NCBI GenBank assembly: GCA_963798845.1
Contig: CAWCUS010000005.1
Coordinates: forward strand, 320,001-384,000
DNA: 64,000 bases
DNA from: an uncultured Gemmatimonadales bacterium
GTDB taxonomy: Bacteria; Gemmatimonadota; Gemmatimonadetes; Longimicrobiales; RSA9
Direction: 5' to 3'
This document shows positions 39,629 through 51,606 of the stretch, in pieces. The translations under genes and the position numbers were made by a program. Numbering within the stretch: position 1 is the first letter of the stretch; the number at the start of each line of letters is the position of its first letter. The notes below the pieces were generated by a model. That model had not been told where the DNA came from. It ran no database searches and saw only the letters and a program-made list of their open reading frames with translations.

Positions 39629-40159
39629 TTATCCGCTGTTGGCTCCGCTCTGCGCATCGCCTCGCCCGACGCTCCTGACCCACCGCTTCAGCACCTTGCA
39701 CGCAAAGCGGTAGTGGCTCGCCGTGTTCGCGCCAAGGTAGGTCACCAACGCGTTCGTTCCGGTCCAGCCAAACGTGCCGGGCTTCAGAAGCTCGTCCGTC
39801 GATGCCTGCCGAGCCAAGTCCAAGACTCTTGCATGCGAAGCCTCGAGTTCTCCCCACAGTTCATCGCTCAGGCGATCCCTATGCTTCTCCTGGATGTCCC
39901 GGTTCAACCTCGGCGTTTCATTCCACCTGTAGCCAGGGGCCGGCATCGCAGGAACCCGGCCATCAAGGCCGGCGCGATGCCACCCCAGGAAGAGCGTGTG
40001 CCATTCCGTCAGGTGTGCCAGGAGGTCGTTGACGGTCCAATCCTCACCCCACACCCCTGGTTCGGAGTACCTCCGGGGGATTCTCTCCAGACACTCCCGT
40101 AGCGTAGAAAACTGGTCTTCGATATCCCGGATCAACTGCTGCTTGGACGCGTATCTCAC
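39629..40159 (-). CDS. ClbS/DfsB (DUF1706) family four-helix-bundle protein, gene cassette 3
   Basis: Motifs DLLAHLTEW, PAPGYRWNE, NTASHY; stop codon lies within the attC R'' GCGGATAAC. Confidence 0.85.
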   Translation of the reverse strand: MRYASKQQLIRDIEDQFSTLRECLERIPRRYSEPGVWGEDWTVNDLLAHLTEWHTLFLGWHRAGLDGRVPAMPAPGYRWNETPRLNRDIQEKHRDRLSDELWGELEASHARVLDLARQASTDELLKPGTFGWTGTNALVTYLGANTASHYRFACKVLKRWVRSVGRGDAQSGANSG

Positions 40160-40203
40160 TGAGATCCCCTTTGATCACCCGACTGGCGGCCAAGGAGCCA
40201 ATT

Positions 40204-40358
40204 GCGGATAACGTCTCCAGGTTGGCGACCCGCCGCGCCGATACCTCTAGCACGCGATCACCTTCGAAACAGCGGCAGCCTCACCAGCTTCAACACGGTC
40301 GCGGCGGGTTCTCCGGAGCGGCCGCAGGCCGCGCAGGCGCCAACCGTTTGTTAACCGC
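40204..40358 (-). repeat. Integron attC site
   Basis: Minus strand GCGGTTAAC-AAACG-GTTGGCG...CGCCAAC-CTGGAGAC-GTTATCCGC; homologous to 40968-41122. Confidence 0.88.
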
Positions 40359-40385
40359 CGTGTTCTGCCCGCAGCCTGGCGGACG

Positions 40386-40682
40386 TCACCTCCGGGCCTG
40401 CCAACGCTTCGGATCGCGGCGGGAATGGAAAACGGAGAGTACCACGATCTCTTCCGCGCTCACTCTGAAGAGAATGGCATATGGGAATCGCCGAACAACG
40501 GCCCTCCGGACATCCCGATACAGAATGGGAAATCGGAGAGGATTCCGCTGGATCGCTGAGAAAGCCGCATCAATGACGCGGACGAATTCCGCTCCCAAGC
40601 CCAAGGAACGCTCCGAATACCACGCTGCGGCTTCCTCGAGTTCGGCGTCGGCCGCAGGGCGAACAACGAAGCGGCGGCTCAC
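40386..40682 (-). CDS. RelE/ParE family toxin (cassette 2)
   Basis: RPAADAELEEAAAWY...GLGAEF...RRAVVRRFPYAILF...VLSVFHSRRDP. Confidence 0.9.
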   Translation of the reverse strand: MSRRFVVRPAADAELEEAAAWYSERSLGLGAEFVRVIDAAFSAIQRNPLRFPILYRDVRRAVVRRFPYAILFRVSAEEIVVLSVFHSRRDPKRWQARR

Positions 40683-40903
40683 CCGTACTTCTTGTACAAC
40701 CGCTCCCGGACTTCCTCCCAGGGAAGAGCAGAATCCGGGTCCGCTTCATGTTCTGCCAGCCTACGGTCCAGTTCCGCCTTCTGGGCCTCAGTTAATGGAT
40801 AGGCGTCCGCGTCCGTAGCGATGCTGTCCCACAGGTCCTCCACCAACTGAATCCGCTCAGCGACCGACAGCTTGAGCAGTTCCTCGATTGGTACACTCGA
40901 CAT
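40679..40903 (-). CDS. Addiction-module antitoxin (TIGR02574-like) (cassette 2)
   Basis: LSVAERIQLVEDLWDSI...LTEAQKAELDRRL...PWEEV; GTGA overlap with the toxin. Confidence 0.9.
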   Translation of the reverse strand: MSSVPIEELLKLSVAERIQLVEDLWDSIATDADAYPLTEAQKAELDRRLAEHEADPDSALPWEEVRERLYKKYG

Positions 40904-40967
40904 CCGCAAGCTCCTTCCCTGAAGTCCCTTGCTCCTAATCTGCTACAGAAACGCCGAGTGGAACATG

Positions 40968-41122
40968 GCGGTTAACGTTTCCAGGTTGGCGACCCGCCCC
41001 GCCGAGGCCTCCAGCGCGAGATCACCTTCGAAACAACGCGAACCTCACCAGCACCAAGAAACTCGCGGCGGGTTCTCCGGAGCTCGCGAAGCGAGCGAAG
41101 GCGCCAACCGTTTGTTATCTGC
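40968..41122 (-). repeat. Integron attC site
   Basis: Minus strand GCAGATAAC-AAACG-GTTGGCG...CGCCAAC-CTGGAAAC-GTTAACCGC. Confidence 0.88.
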
Positions 41123-41149
41123 CGCTGGCCTCTTTCCCGATCCAGGCCT

Positions 41150-42069
41150 CTATTGCTCCGCCACCTGGAAGTAATCCGAATCAAGCCGCTTGATCTCGTA
41201 CTTCTCGACTCGGGCGACACCGACGTCGTGGTCGATCATCAAACCAGCCAGCGTTGCGCCGTCGACGAGGATGATCTTGTTGTCGATGTTCTCAGCGTAC
41301 TTTGTGGCTTCAGCGGAAAAGGACGAGCTGGTGATAAAGATCCCCTTCTTCGCTCGCACCCCTTGTAGTGCACCGGCAAACTTCTGGATCTCCGGGCGCC
41401 CTACGGTCCCCTCCCACCGCTTTGCCTGGATGTCAGATGACGTCCAGGCCCAGCCGTATCCTCCTTGATGATACCGTCAATCCCTCCGTCACCTGATTTC
41501 CCGACTGCTCGTCCTGCATCGGCCCTGGATCCGCCGTACCCCATCGCTACGAGCAGTTCAACAACCAGGCGCTCGAAGAATTCAGGGGGGCACTTCGCGA
41601 CTTCGTCGAGGATATCAGAGACCAGCTTCTTCCGGATCTCTGAATAGCCGTACTCCAGGTGCTCCTCAGGCGTCAGATCATCCGCGCCCGCCGGCACCTC
41701 CTTCGAACCGGTGCCGTTCTCGGATTTGCCAGAACGGAACTCGAGGTACTCCGGGTAACCCTTCAGCTGAGCCATACCGATCGGGCCAGGATGGTTCTGG
41801 AGCAGTACCCTGCCTCGTTCGGTAATCCGATAGACGGCGCGTTGCGGTGCCTCGATCAAGCCCGCCCCCTTCAGGTGACTCTTGGCCCAAGCCACTCTGT
41901 TGACAAAGACCGGTTGCTTTCCACTCGGAAGCAGCTCCGAACGCTCTTCGTCAGTGACCTCGAAGTGCTTCGCCATGGCCTCGAGAGTATCCTGATTCGG
42001 CCTCGGCGCTCCGTCAGAAAGGTGCTCCAGAAGGGGTCTCATCAAGGACTGGAAATCAGGAATCGGCAT
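41150..42069 (-). CDS. mrr: Mrr type IV restriction endonuclease (cassette 1), with two single-base insertions at 41434 and 41457
   Basis: MPIPDFQSLMRPLL, NRVAWAKSHL, FFERLVVELL.AMGYG, GDGGIDG. Removing the two bases restores EDRLGLDVIYIQAKRW, continuing to KGIFITSSSFS. Confidence 0.88.
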
Positions 42070-42105
42070 ATCTCATCTCATAGACTCTTATGTTGTTGGC
42101 CAGTG

Positions 42106-42183
42106 GCAGATAACTACTTGTTCCCGAACTCACGGTCGGCAATATCACACCCGCGCGTTGTATTCCCGAACCTTATGTTCGCT
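42106..42183 (-). other. attI-like integron recombination site
   Basis: First cassette starts at G/TTATCTGC. The preceding sequence is not attC-like and has direct repeats GTTCGGGAA x2, ending ...GGGAACAAGTA-GTT. Confidence 0.6.
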
Positions 42184-44990
42184 AATCCCCCACCAGCCCC
42201 CCGAACACCACCCCGAACGTCCCCCAGGTCTGGCCGCGGTGCTGGGGGCGGAATCCGATGAGCACCACGCGTCCCTTGCCGTGCTCGACGCTCACCATGG
42301 CGGCTTTCTCGGAGAGGACGTCCTCGCCGATGAGCCAGCCGCTCTGGAGGATGTTCTCCTGGTCGGTGCCCTCGCCCGCTTCGGGGAAGGTGATGACGCG
42401 GTGGACGCGCTCGCTGTGGGCGCCGGGGACGGTCTCGTACGCGCGGCTGTCGCCGGTGAAGAGGACGAGGGCGCGGGCGGGCATGCCGTAGACGAGGGGG
42501 TCGGTTGTGTCCACGTCGACGCGCAGCATGGAGCCGGGGCACCAGAACTCCTTCGATGACAGGCCGTCGTTCACGACCCGGACGGGGAGGTTGAAGCCGT
42601 CAATGGCGAGGTCGCCGGCCTGGCCGAAGGTCATGAGGGTGCCGCCGTCGCGGACGAACTGCTCGAGGGCCTTCACCCCCTCGTCGCCGAAGCCGCTCCG
42701 GTACTCGGGCGGCGTGTTCTCCAGGTAGCGGGCGTAGCGGCCGGCGAGCTGGCCGGGCGCCGAGCCCGGGCCCTTCATCATCACCGGGTTGTCCGACGGC
42801 AGGACGATGACGTCGAAATCCTTGATCAGGCTGCCCTTCCTGATCCGCGCGTCGTCCAGCCCCTGGTACGGGAAGGCGAACCGCTCCAGCACCAGCCGCG
42901 TCCACCCCTCGTCCATGTTCCCGCCGTAATACCGGTGGTACAGCCCGATCCGCTGCCGCTCCACGGGCGAGGTGGAAGCGGGCTCGACGTCCAGCGCCTC
43001 GAACGAGACGTGCGTTTCCGCCGCGACCGCACGCAGCGCCGCGCCGTCGGCGTTGCCCGGAATCAGGAAGTCCCCGGTGTTGAAAAGTGTTCCTTCGTGC
43101 CCTTCGTTCCCTTCGAGCTCTTCGTGTCGACTGCTGTTCGAAGCTTCTGCGCCCGCGAACCCAGCCCGCACCCGCCGAACCTGAACGCCCCGGTCAAGGA
43201 GCCTGTTCACCGCCAGGTACGCCGCGTTCTCCCGCCCGTCGAGCCGATAGCCGTAAGAGCCCGCGGTGACCGATCCGGCTGGCTCGATCCCGGTGGTGAC
43301 GTAAGGAAGCCGCTCCACGACGCGGACCTCGAAGTCGGGATGGATCACGCTGGTGCCCACGGTGACCGGGGTCCCGACGGGGACCGCTTCCACCCCCATG
43401 AACTCCGCCATGTCGTGCGTCGCCAGGTCGTATGGCCGGATGGGGCTGCCATCGCGGTCCCGGGTGAACGCGTTGTCCGGGTAGAACGTGCGCCCCAGGA
43501 GCCAGCGGACCAGCCCGCGCTTGGGCTGCGCCATGGAGACCACCCAGGAGCCGCCGCCGTAGACGCGGCCTTCGTGGACGAAGTCGGACGTCGTCCGGCG
43601 GACCTCGACGCCCTGCTGGAGCAGCTTGTTGACCATCTCGACGGCGGTGAGGCGGTCGTGCTGGTCGGCGGGGATGATGAAGGCGGCGACGGGCCCGGTG
43701 GGCCCGTTGTGGACGGGGGCGGCGGCGTCGCCCCGCTCGACCTGGCGGCGGGCCTTGAGGTAGTGGTTCTCGAGGACGGTGCGGCGGTTCTTCGCCGCCA
43801 TGTCGAGGAGGGCGAGCGACGCGATCTTCTGCATGTCCACGATGTCGCGCACGGTCCACCAGCCGCCCGGCCACGGGTCGGGGAACGTGTTCTGGGCGCG
43901 GTACTCCGGGATGCCGTGCTCGGGGTCGGCCTCGAGCTGGTCCGGCTGGACGAAGATCGGCCACGCCAGGTTGGCGCTGGCGGACTCGGTGAGCATGCCG
44001 GCGATGTTGTGGAAGGGCGTGATCCAGTGGAAGCCGAAGTGGCCCCAGCCGCCGTAGATGGCTGCGTTGGCGACGCCGCTCTTGCCGGCCGACTCCTCGT
44101 CGGCGGCGATGCGGGCGCCCCACCAGCTCATCTCGCGCCAGACCAGCGGGTCACCGTCGGGGCGGATCGGCTCGGCGTACGGCGGCACGTACATGCGCGG
44201 GCCGTACGCGCCCATCTGGTGGTGGTCCACGAACGCTTCGGGGACCCAGTCGCGGAACAGGATCTCGCCCGTCCACACGCTCTCGGCCGTGTTCTGCTGG
44301 AACGCGTCCCGGTTGTTGTCGTGGCCGATGTAGGGGTGGTAGAGCCACGGCAGGCTGGCGCCCTGCCACTCCGTCCCCGCCGTCTTCCGCACCCAGTCCG
44401 CGACCATGGTGGTGCCGTCCGGGTTGAGCGACGGGAACAGGATGGCCACGTCCTGGTCCAGGATCCGGCGCATGGCGTCGTCGTCGCGGGTGGCCATGTC
44501 ATGGACCAGCTCCGCGGCGGTCTGCGTGGCCGCCACCTCCGTGGCGTGGAGGCCGTAGCTCTGGGCGACGATGGCCCGGCCGTTCTCGATGGCGTTCGCG
44601 ATCTCCGCGTCCGAGTGGCCCCGGGGGTCGGCGAGGACCAGGTTGAGCTGCCGCAGCTCCTCCAGCCGCGCCAGGTTCTCCGGCGACGAGACGAAGAGGA
44701 CGACGAACGGCTTCCCCAGCGTGCTCGGGCCCATCTCCCTCAGCATCACCCGCGGGCTGCGCTCGGCGACGAGGCGGTAGTAGGCGACGAGCTGGTCCCA
44801 GTCGGCGAGGCGGCCGTCGGCGCCCATGCGGAAGCCGAAGTGCTCCTCCGGCGACGGGATGGCGGCGGCTTGCGGGGCCTGGCGTCGCGGGGGGCGAGGG
44901 CTCCTGGGCGAGCGCGGGGGTGCCGAACGCCTGGACGAGGGTGACCACTGCGAGCACGAAAGCGGTGGACGCGAAGCGGGGGCGTCGCAT
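42182..44990 (-). CDS. M14 family zinc carboxypeptidase-like secreted protein, +1 frameshift near 44880-44895
   Basis: ATG 44990 with signal peptide in one frame; motifs LHATE, NPDG, HDNNRD, DHHQMG, DEGWTR in the next frame. Confidence 0.85.
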
Positions 44991-45321
44991 GATCGCTCCA
45001 TCAACGGTGAATGCTGTCGGGCATCGGGGATTCGGGCAGGGCCGGTCCCGGACAGGATACGGGGGCATCAATGGCGCGTCAACGAAATCCGGCGCGGAGT
45101 CACCGGCCGCGGGAGACCGGGCGAGTGTCCGGGGCCCTCGGGCACCCCATCCGCCGCTTCAGGGGCGTGCGGCTCCTGGCTGCGGCAGGCCGCCGATCAG
45201 CCCGCCTTCACGTGCAGCGCGAACTGGCGCCCTGGGGGTCCATTCACCGGGCGACGCGGTCGCCGCCCGGGACGTCCATGGGGCCGTTGATCCACCTGGC
45301 CTCCTGCCTGACCAGGGAGCG

Positions 45322-45337
45322 TGGCATTGTTCCTGTA
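45322..45337 (+). promoter_or_regulatory. Possible sigma-54 -24/-12 promoter
   Basis: TGGCATTGTTCCTGTA (GG-N10-GT, imperfect -12 box) 40 bp before ATG 45378. Confidence 0.3.
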
Positions 45338-45377
45338 TGCGCGGCCGCGCGGACCCATCCAACGGAGTGAGGCGACC

Positions 45378-46901
45378 ATGACGGCGGGCGAAGGCGAGCT
45401 GAAGGGACCGGACCTCGAGGCGGGGGTGGCGCTGAACACGCTTGCAGAGGGCGAGCCCCTGCTGGGGCATGCAGGCGGCGAAGCGGTCATGCTCGTCCGG
45501 CGAGGAGAGGAAGTGCTGGCGATCGGAGCCACGTGCACCCACTACGGCGGCCCGCTGGCCGAAGGGCGAGTCGAAGGGGAGCGGGTGTTCTGCCCCTGGC
45601 ACCACGCCTGCTTCTCGCTGCGCAGCGGAGAGCCGCTGGAGGCGCCGGCGCTCAACCCCGTATCGCGCTGGACGGTCGAGTTGGAAGACGGCCAGGCGCG
45701 GGTGAAGGGGCGGGAGGAGCCGGACCCGCTGGACAGCCGGGGGCGGAGCGCGGAAGGCCCGGATTCCGTGCTGATCATCGGCGCAGGCGCGGCCGGGAGC
45801 GCCGCGGCCGAGATGCTGCGCCGCCAGGGCTACGGTGGTCCGGTCACGCTGGTCGATCCGGAGGAGGAGGCGCCGTACGACAGGCCGAACCTGTCGAAGG
45901 ACTTCCTGGCCGGCGAGGCGCCGGAGGAATGGATCCCGCTCCGCCCCGACGGTTTCTACGACGAGCACGGGATCGAGCGCGTGCGGGCCACCGCGGAGTC
46001 GCTGGACACCGAGCGGCGGGAGGTGCGCCTCTCGGATGGCCGGACGCTCTCCTATGGCGCGCTGCTCCTGGCGACGGGCGCCCGGCCGCGACGCCTGGAC
46101 ATCCCCGGCGCCGACCTTCCCCACGTCCACACGCTCCGCTCGCTGGAGGACTGCCGCCGGATCATCGAGAACGCCGACGACGCCGGCCGGGCCGTGGTCG
46201 TGGGCTCGAGCTTCATCGGGATGGAGACCGCCGCGTCGCTCCGGCACCGGGGGCTCGAGGTGGCGGTGGTGGCGCTGGAGGCGGTGCCGTTCGCCGGGTC
46301 GCTGGGCGAGGCGGTGGGGCGCTACCTCCGGGGCGTGCACGAGGAGCACGGCGTGGTCTTCCACCCGGAGCACAGCGTTCAGGCCATCGACGAGCGCGCG
46401 GTACACCTGGATGACGGGACGGAGCTCCCTGCCGACCTGGTGCTGCTGGGCGTCGGCGTGGTGCCGGACACCGCGCTGGCCGAGGCGGCAGGGCTCGAGG
46501 TGGACGACGGGGTGATCGTGGACGAGCGGATGCGGTCCAGCGCCGACGGAGTCTACGCGGCGGGAGACATCGCGCGCTTCCCCGACGCCCGGACAGGCGA
46601 GCGCATTCGCGTCGAGCACTGGGTGCACGCGCAGCGCACCGGCCAGGCCGCGGCGCGGGCCATCCTGGGCGCCGGCGAGGGGTACCACGCGCCGCCGTTC
46701 TTCTGGACGCACCAGTTCGAGGCCGGCGTGACGTACGTGGGGCACGCTTCGAGCTGGGACGATGCGGCCGAGGAGGGCGATGTCGCCGGCGGCGATGGCG
46801 TGGTGCGGCTGATGGGGGGCGGGCGGGAGCTGGCCGTCGTGGCGGTGGGGCGGGACCGGGAGAGCCTGGACGCCGACGTGGCCTTCCGGAACGAGTCGTA
46901 G
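45378..46901 (+). CDS. Rieske [2Fe-2S] / FAD-dependent NAD(P)H oxidoreductase fusion (AIF-like)
   Basis: CTHYG...CPWHH Rieske ligands; GAGAAG, YDRPNLSK, LATG, GSSFIG, AAGD, RVEHW. Confidence 0.92.
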   Translation: MTAGEGELKGPDLEAGVALNTLAEGEPLLGHAGGEAVMLVRRGEEVLAIGATCTHYGGPLAEGRVEGERVFCPWHHACFSLRSGEPLEAPALNPVSRWTVELEDGQARVKGREEPDPLDSRGRSAEGPDSVLIIGAGAAGSAAAEMLRRQGYGGPVTLVDPEEEAPYDRPNLSKDFLAGEAPEEWIPLRPDGFYDEHGIERVRATAESLDTERREVRLSDGRTLSYGALLLATGARPRRLDIPGADLPHVHTLRSLEDCRRIIENADDAGRAVVVGSSFIGMETAASLRHRGLEVAVVALEAVPFAGSLGEAVGRYLRGVHEEHGVVFHPEHSVQAIDERAVHLDDGTELPADLVLLGVGVVPDTALAEAAGLEVDDGVIVDERMRSSADGVYAAGDIARFPDARTGERIRVEHWVHAQRTGQAAARAILGAGEGYHAPPFFWTHQFEAGVTYVGHASSWDDAAEEGDVAGGDGVVRLMGGGRELAVVAVGRDRESLDADVAFRNES

Positions 46902-46907
46902 CGGCCG

Positions 46908-48324
<1,417 letters not shown>

Positions 48325-48338
<14 letters not shown>

Positions 48339-50094
48339 CGGGACCTCCGGCAGGGACGCGGCGTGGCGCTCCCGCCCCGGCGAGGGGGAGTGTGAGCCTG
48401 AACACGGCGCCGCCGCCCTCGCGGTTGGACGCGTCGAGGCGGCCATCGAAGCGCGCGATGAGGCCCTGGGCGATGAACAGCCCCAGGCCGACGCCGCTGG
48501 CGTCCGCCTTGGTGGTGAAGAACGGGTCGTAGATCCGGTCCATGAGCTCGTCGGGAATGCCGGGGCCGCGGTCGGCCACCTCGACCGCCGCCCGGACGCC
48601 CACGCGCCGGAGCACGAGCGACACGGCGCCTCCTCCGGGCATGGCATCGCGGGCGTTCTGCGCCAGGCTGAGCAGCACCTGCTTGAGCGTGTCGGGGGGG
48701 ATGGCGAGGTCGGCGAGGGGCTCCGTCGTCACTTCCACCTGCCACCGGTCGCCGCCCGCCCGGATCAGGGCGGCCACCTGGGACACGACCTCGTGGGCGT
48801 CCGCGCGCGAGGCGCCCGGGTCCATGGGCCGATTGAGGTCGAGCATCTGCTCCGCCAGCTCGTGCATGCGGAGCAGCTCGTCGATGGCCAGGTCCGCGAA
48901 GCGCCGCCCTTCCGGGTCGTGCGTCATGCGCCGGTGGACGACTTCCAGGCAGTTCCGGATGTTGGCCACCGGGTTGCGGATCTCGTGCGCCAGCTCCGTC
49001 ACCAGCCGTCCGCTCGCCGCGAGCCGGTCCCGGCGGATCAGCTCCGACTGGAGCGCCCGCAGCCGCTCCTGCCGCTCCGCCAGCTCCTCGTTCGCGCGCG
49101 ACAGCTCGTCCAGCCGCGAGCGCAGCGACGCGCGCATGCGCGCGAACGCCCGCGCCATCCGGTCCACCTCCTCGATCGCCGAGCCGGACAGCGGTGCGTC
49201 GAAGTCGCCGCCGGAGAGGCGGTCCGCCGCCGTGGCCAGCCCGCGCACCGGTCGCGACACGGTGGTGGCCAGCACGGCGCCGAGCGCCAGCGCCACCCCG
49301 AGCGCCAGGAGGAGGGCAAGGAGCGCTCCCCTGCGCAGCTCCGGCAGCAGCGCCAGCTCGCTCGCCCTGTCCGCCGCGAACACCACGCGTCCCACGGTGC
49401 CGAGCGGGGCCGAAGCCACCCAGAAGCGGCGCCCGCCCACGTCCAGCTCCCGCACGCCGTCCACGGCCGCCAGTCGAGCCTCCCCGTCCGCCAGACCCCG
49501 GGCCACCGCCTCGTCCATGGTGCTCGCCACCACGCTGTCTCCGGCGACGATCGTCACGTCCGCCGCCGTCAGCCCCGCCAGCGTCCCCGCCGTGGTCGCA
49601 TCCACCGGCGAAGCCACGCCCGCGGCGCCCAACCATCGGCCCTCCGCTTCCACGGGCGCCACCGCCAGCGCGTACAGCGCGCCGTCCCCGGGCACGAACG
49701 CCACCGGGGCGTGGCCTTCCCGCGTCGCCCGCAGCTGCGCGGCGTCCGGCGACGGACCGGCCACCGTCTCCCCGTCCGGTGACACCAGCACCGGGACTTC
49801 GCCCGCCGGCGCCGCACCCCCGACCAGAGCCCGCGCCTCGGCCATGCGGCCGGCCCGCAGCGCGGCAGCCAGGCCGTCCGTCCCCGCCACGTCCTGCGCG
49901 TGCATCATGAGCGCGTCCGCCCGCGCTGCGTTCCGGTCCTCGAGCACCATGGGGCCCCGCCCCAGGTCCTCCTTCGCCGACGCCTCCAGGCGCCCGCGCA
50001 GCGTCCGGTCCAGCGCCAGCCCGGCCGGCAGCAGCCCCAACATCACCACGGCGGTGAGTCCCAGCAGCAGCGTCTGTCCGATCTTGAGTCGCAT
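48325..50094 (-). CDS. Sensor histidine kinase with HAMP domain
   Basis: Two TM segments, HAMP, H-box [25 protein letters not shown]. Confidence 0.93.
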
Positions 50095-50517
50095 GCCTGC
50101 TCCGTGTGCCACATCCGCGCCGGGCGCCTCCCGCGCCTTCGCGCATCACTTCAACTGAACGCTCTAACGATATGTGGCCCTGTGTATTACTGCGTTCAAT
50201 TCGCGCCAGTCACGAGCCCGCGTCGCCGGTCGCGCTCCGGGTGGAGACGAGCGAGACCGGCCGATGGAACGGCCGCCGGCGTTTCAACAGTGTTTCCTCG
50301 CGCCCTCCGGCGAAACACCCACGTGTTGCGTGAAACGAGCGTTGCGCGCCGGGGAAGCGCCGGCGAGAGCCGGCCAGCCCGTTGGTGGGAAAGGGGTTGC
50401 GGAGCTCCGAGGCGCGTGTGTGCCGGGGCGGGGGCCGGCACGGCTGCGGCAGGGCGGGTCCGGCGGCTAGATTGCCGCACCGGATTGCTCGAGTTCACGG
50501 ACCACGACCCGACCACA

Positions 50518-51606
50518 ATGGCGCGCAGCTCTGCCCGCGGAGGCCCCGCCCCTGCCCTTTCTCTCCGGGCGGGTCCCGATGCGCTACGGCTCATACGGGA
50601 GCGAGGGCTGCGCGGAGAGGACGTGGACGTGGTGCCGGGGGCGGGCGGAGGGCCGAAGTGGCTGGTGCTGGAAGCGCTGGACCGCTTCCTCTTCGGTGAG
50701 GTCCTGCAGGCGCGGCGTTCCGGGCCACTGCACCTGATCGGCTCATCCATCGGCGCGTGGCGTCTGGCGTGCGCGGCGCAGGGGGACCCCGCGGCCGCGA
50801 TCGAGCGGATGAAGGAGGCGTACCTGGCGCAGCGCTACGACCGCAAGCCGACGCCGGGGGAAGTGAGCGAGGAGAGCGGCCGGATCCTGGACCGGCTCCT
50901 GGGGGAGCGGGGGGCCGACGAGATCCTCACGCGCCGGTGGACGCGCCTGCACGTGATCACTGCCGAGTGCCGTGGCGCGGCGGCGAGCGAGTGGCTCCCG
51001 CTTCTGGGCGCGGCGATGGCGGCGGCCGCGGCGGCGAACATGGTGAGCCGGCGCGGGCTGGCGCTCCAGGTCCGTCGCGTGATCTTCCATACGGCGGGGG
51101 ACGCCAGCCCGTTCCTCTCGCTCCGCGACTTCCCGACGCGGCACCTTCCGCTCACGCGCGCCAACCTGCGACCCGCGCTGCTCGCCACCGGGTCGATCCC
51201 GCTCGTTCTCGAAGGGGTCCGCATCCCCGGCGCGCCGGGCGCGGTCTACCGCGATGGCGGGATCGTGGATTATCACCCGGACTTCGATTTCGGGGCGGGC
51301 GAGGGGCTGATCCTCTACCCCCACTACTTCGGCCACATCGTGCCCGGGTGGTTCGACAAGGCGCTCCGCTGGAGGCGCGGCACCCCTGGGAACTTCCGCA
51401 GGGCGCTCATCATCGCTCCGAGCGACGAGTTCGTCGCACGGCTCCCGGGTGGCGCGATCCCGGACCGCAGGGACTTCTACCAGCTTGGGGAGGCCGAGCG
51501 GCTGGCGCGCTGGAAGCGGGTGCTCGCGGAGGGGGAGGCGCTGGCGGATGAGCTGCGGGAGCTGGTCGAGACCGGTGCCATCGCAGAGGCAGTGCGCCCA
51601 CTCTGA
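50518..51606 (+). CDS. Patatin-like phospholipase family protein
   Basis: Gly-rich GAGGGPK, GSSIG, TGSIP, DGG motifs. Confidence 0.82.
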   Translation: MARSSARGGPAPALSLRAGPDALRLIRERGLRGEDVDVVPGAGGGPKWLVLEALDRFLFGEVLQARRSGPLHLIGSSIGAWRLACAAQGDPAAAIERMKEAYLAQRYDRKPTPGEVSEESGRILDRLLGERGADEILTRRWTRLHVITAECRGAAASEWLPLLGAAMAAAAAANMVSRRGLALQVRRVIFHTAGDASPFLSLRDFPTRHLPLTRANLRPALLATGSIPLVLEGVRIPGAPGAVYRDGGIVDYHPDFDFGAGEGLILYPHYFGHIVPGWFDKALRWRRGTPGNFRRALIIAPSDEFVARLPGGAIPDRRDFYQLGEAERLARWKRVLAEGEALADELRELVETGAIAEAVRPL

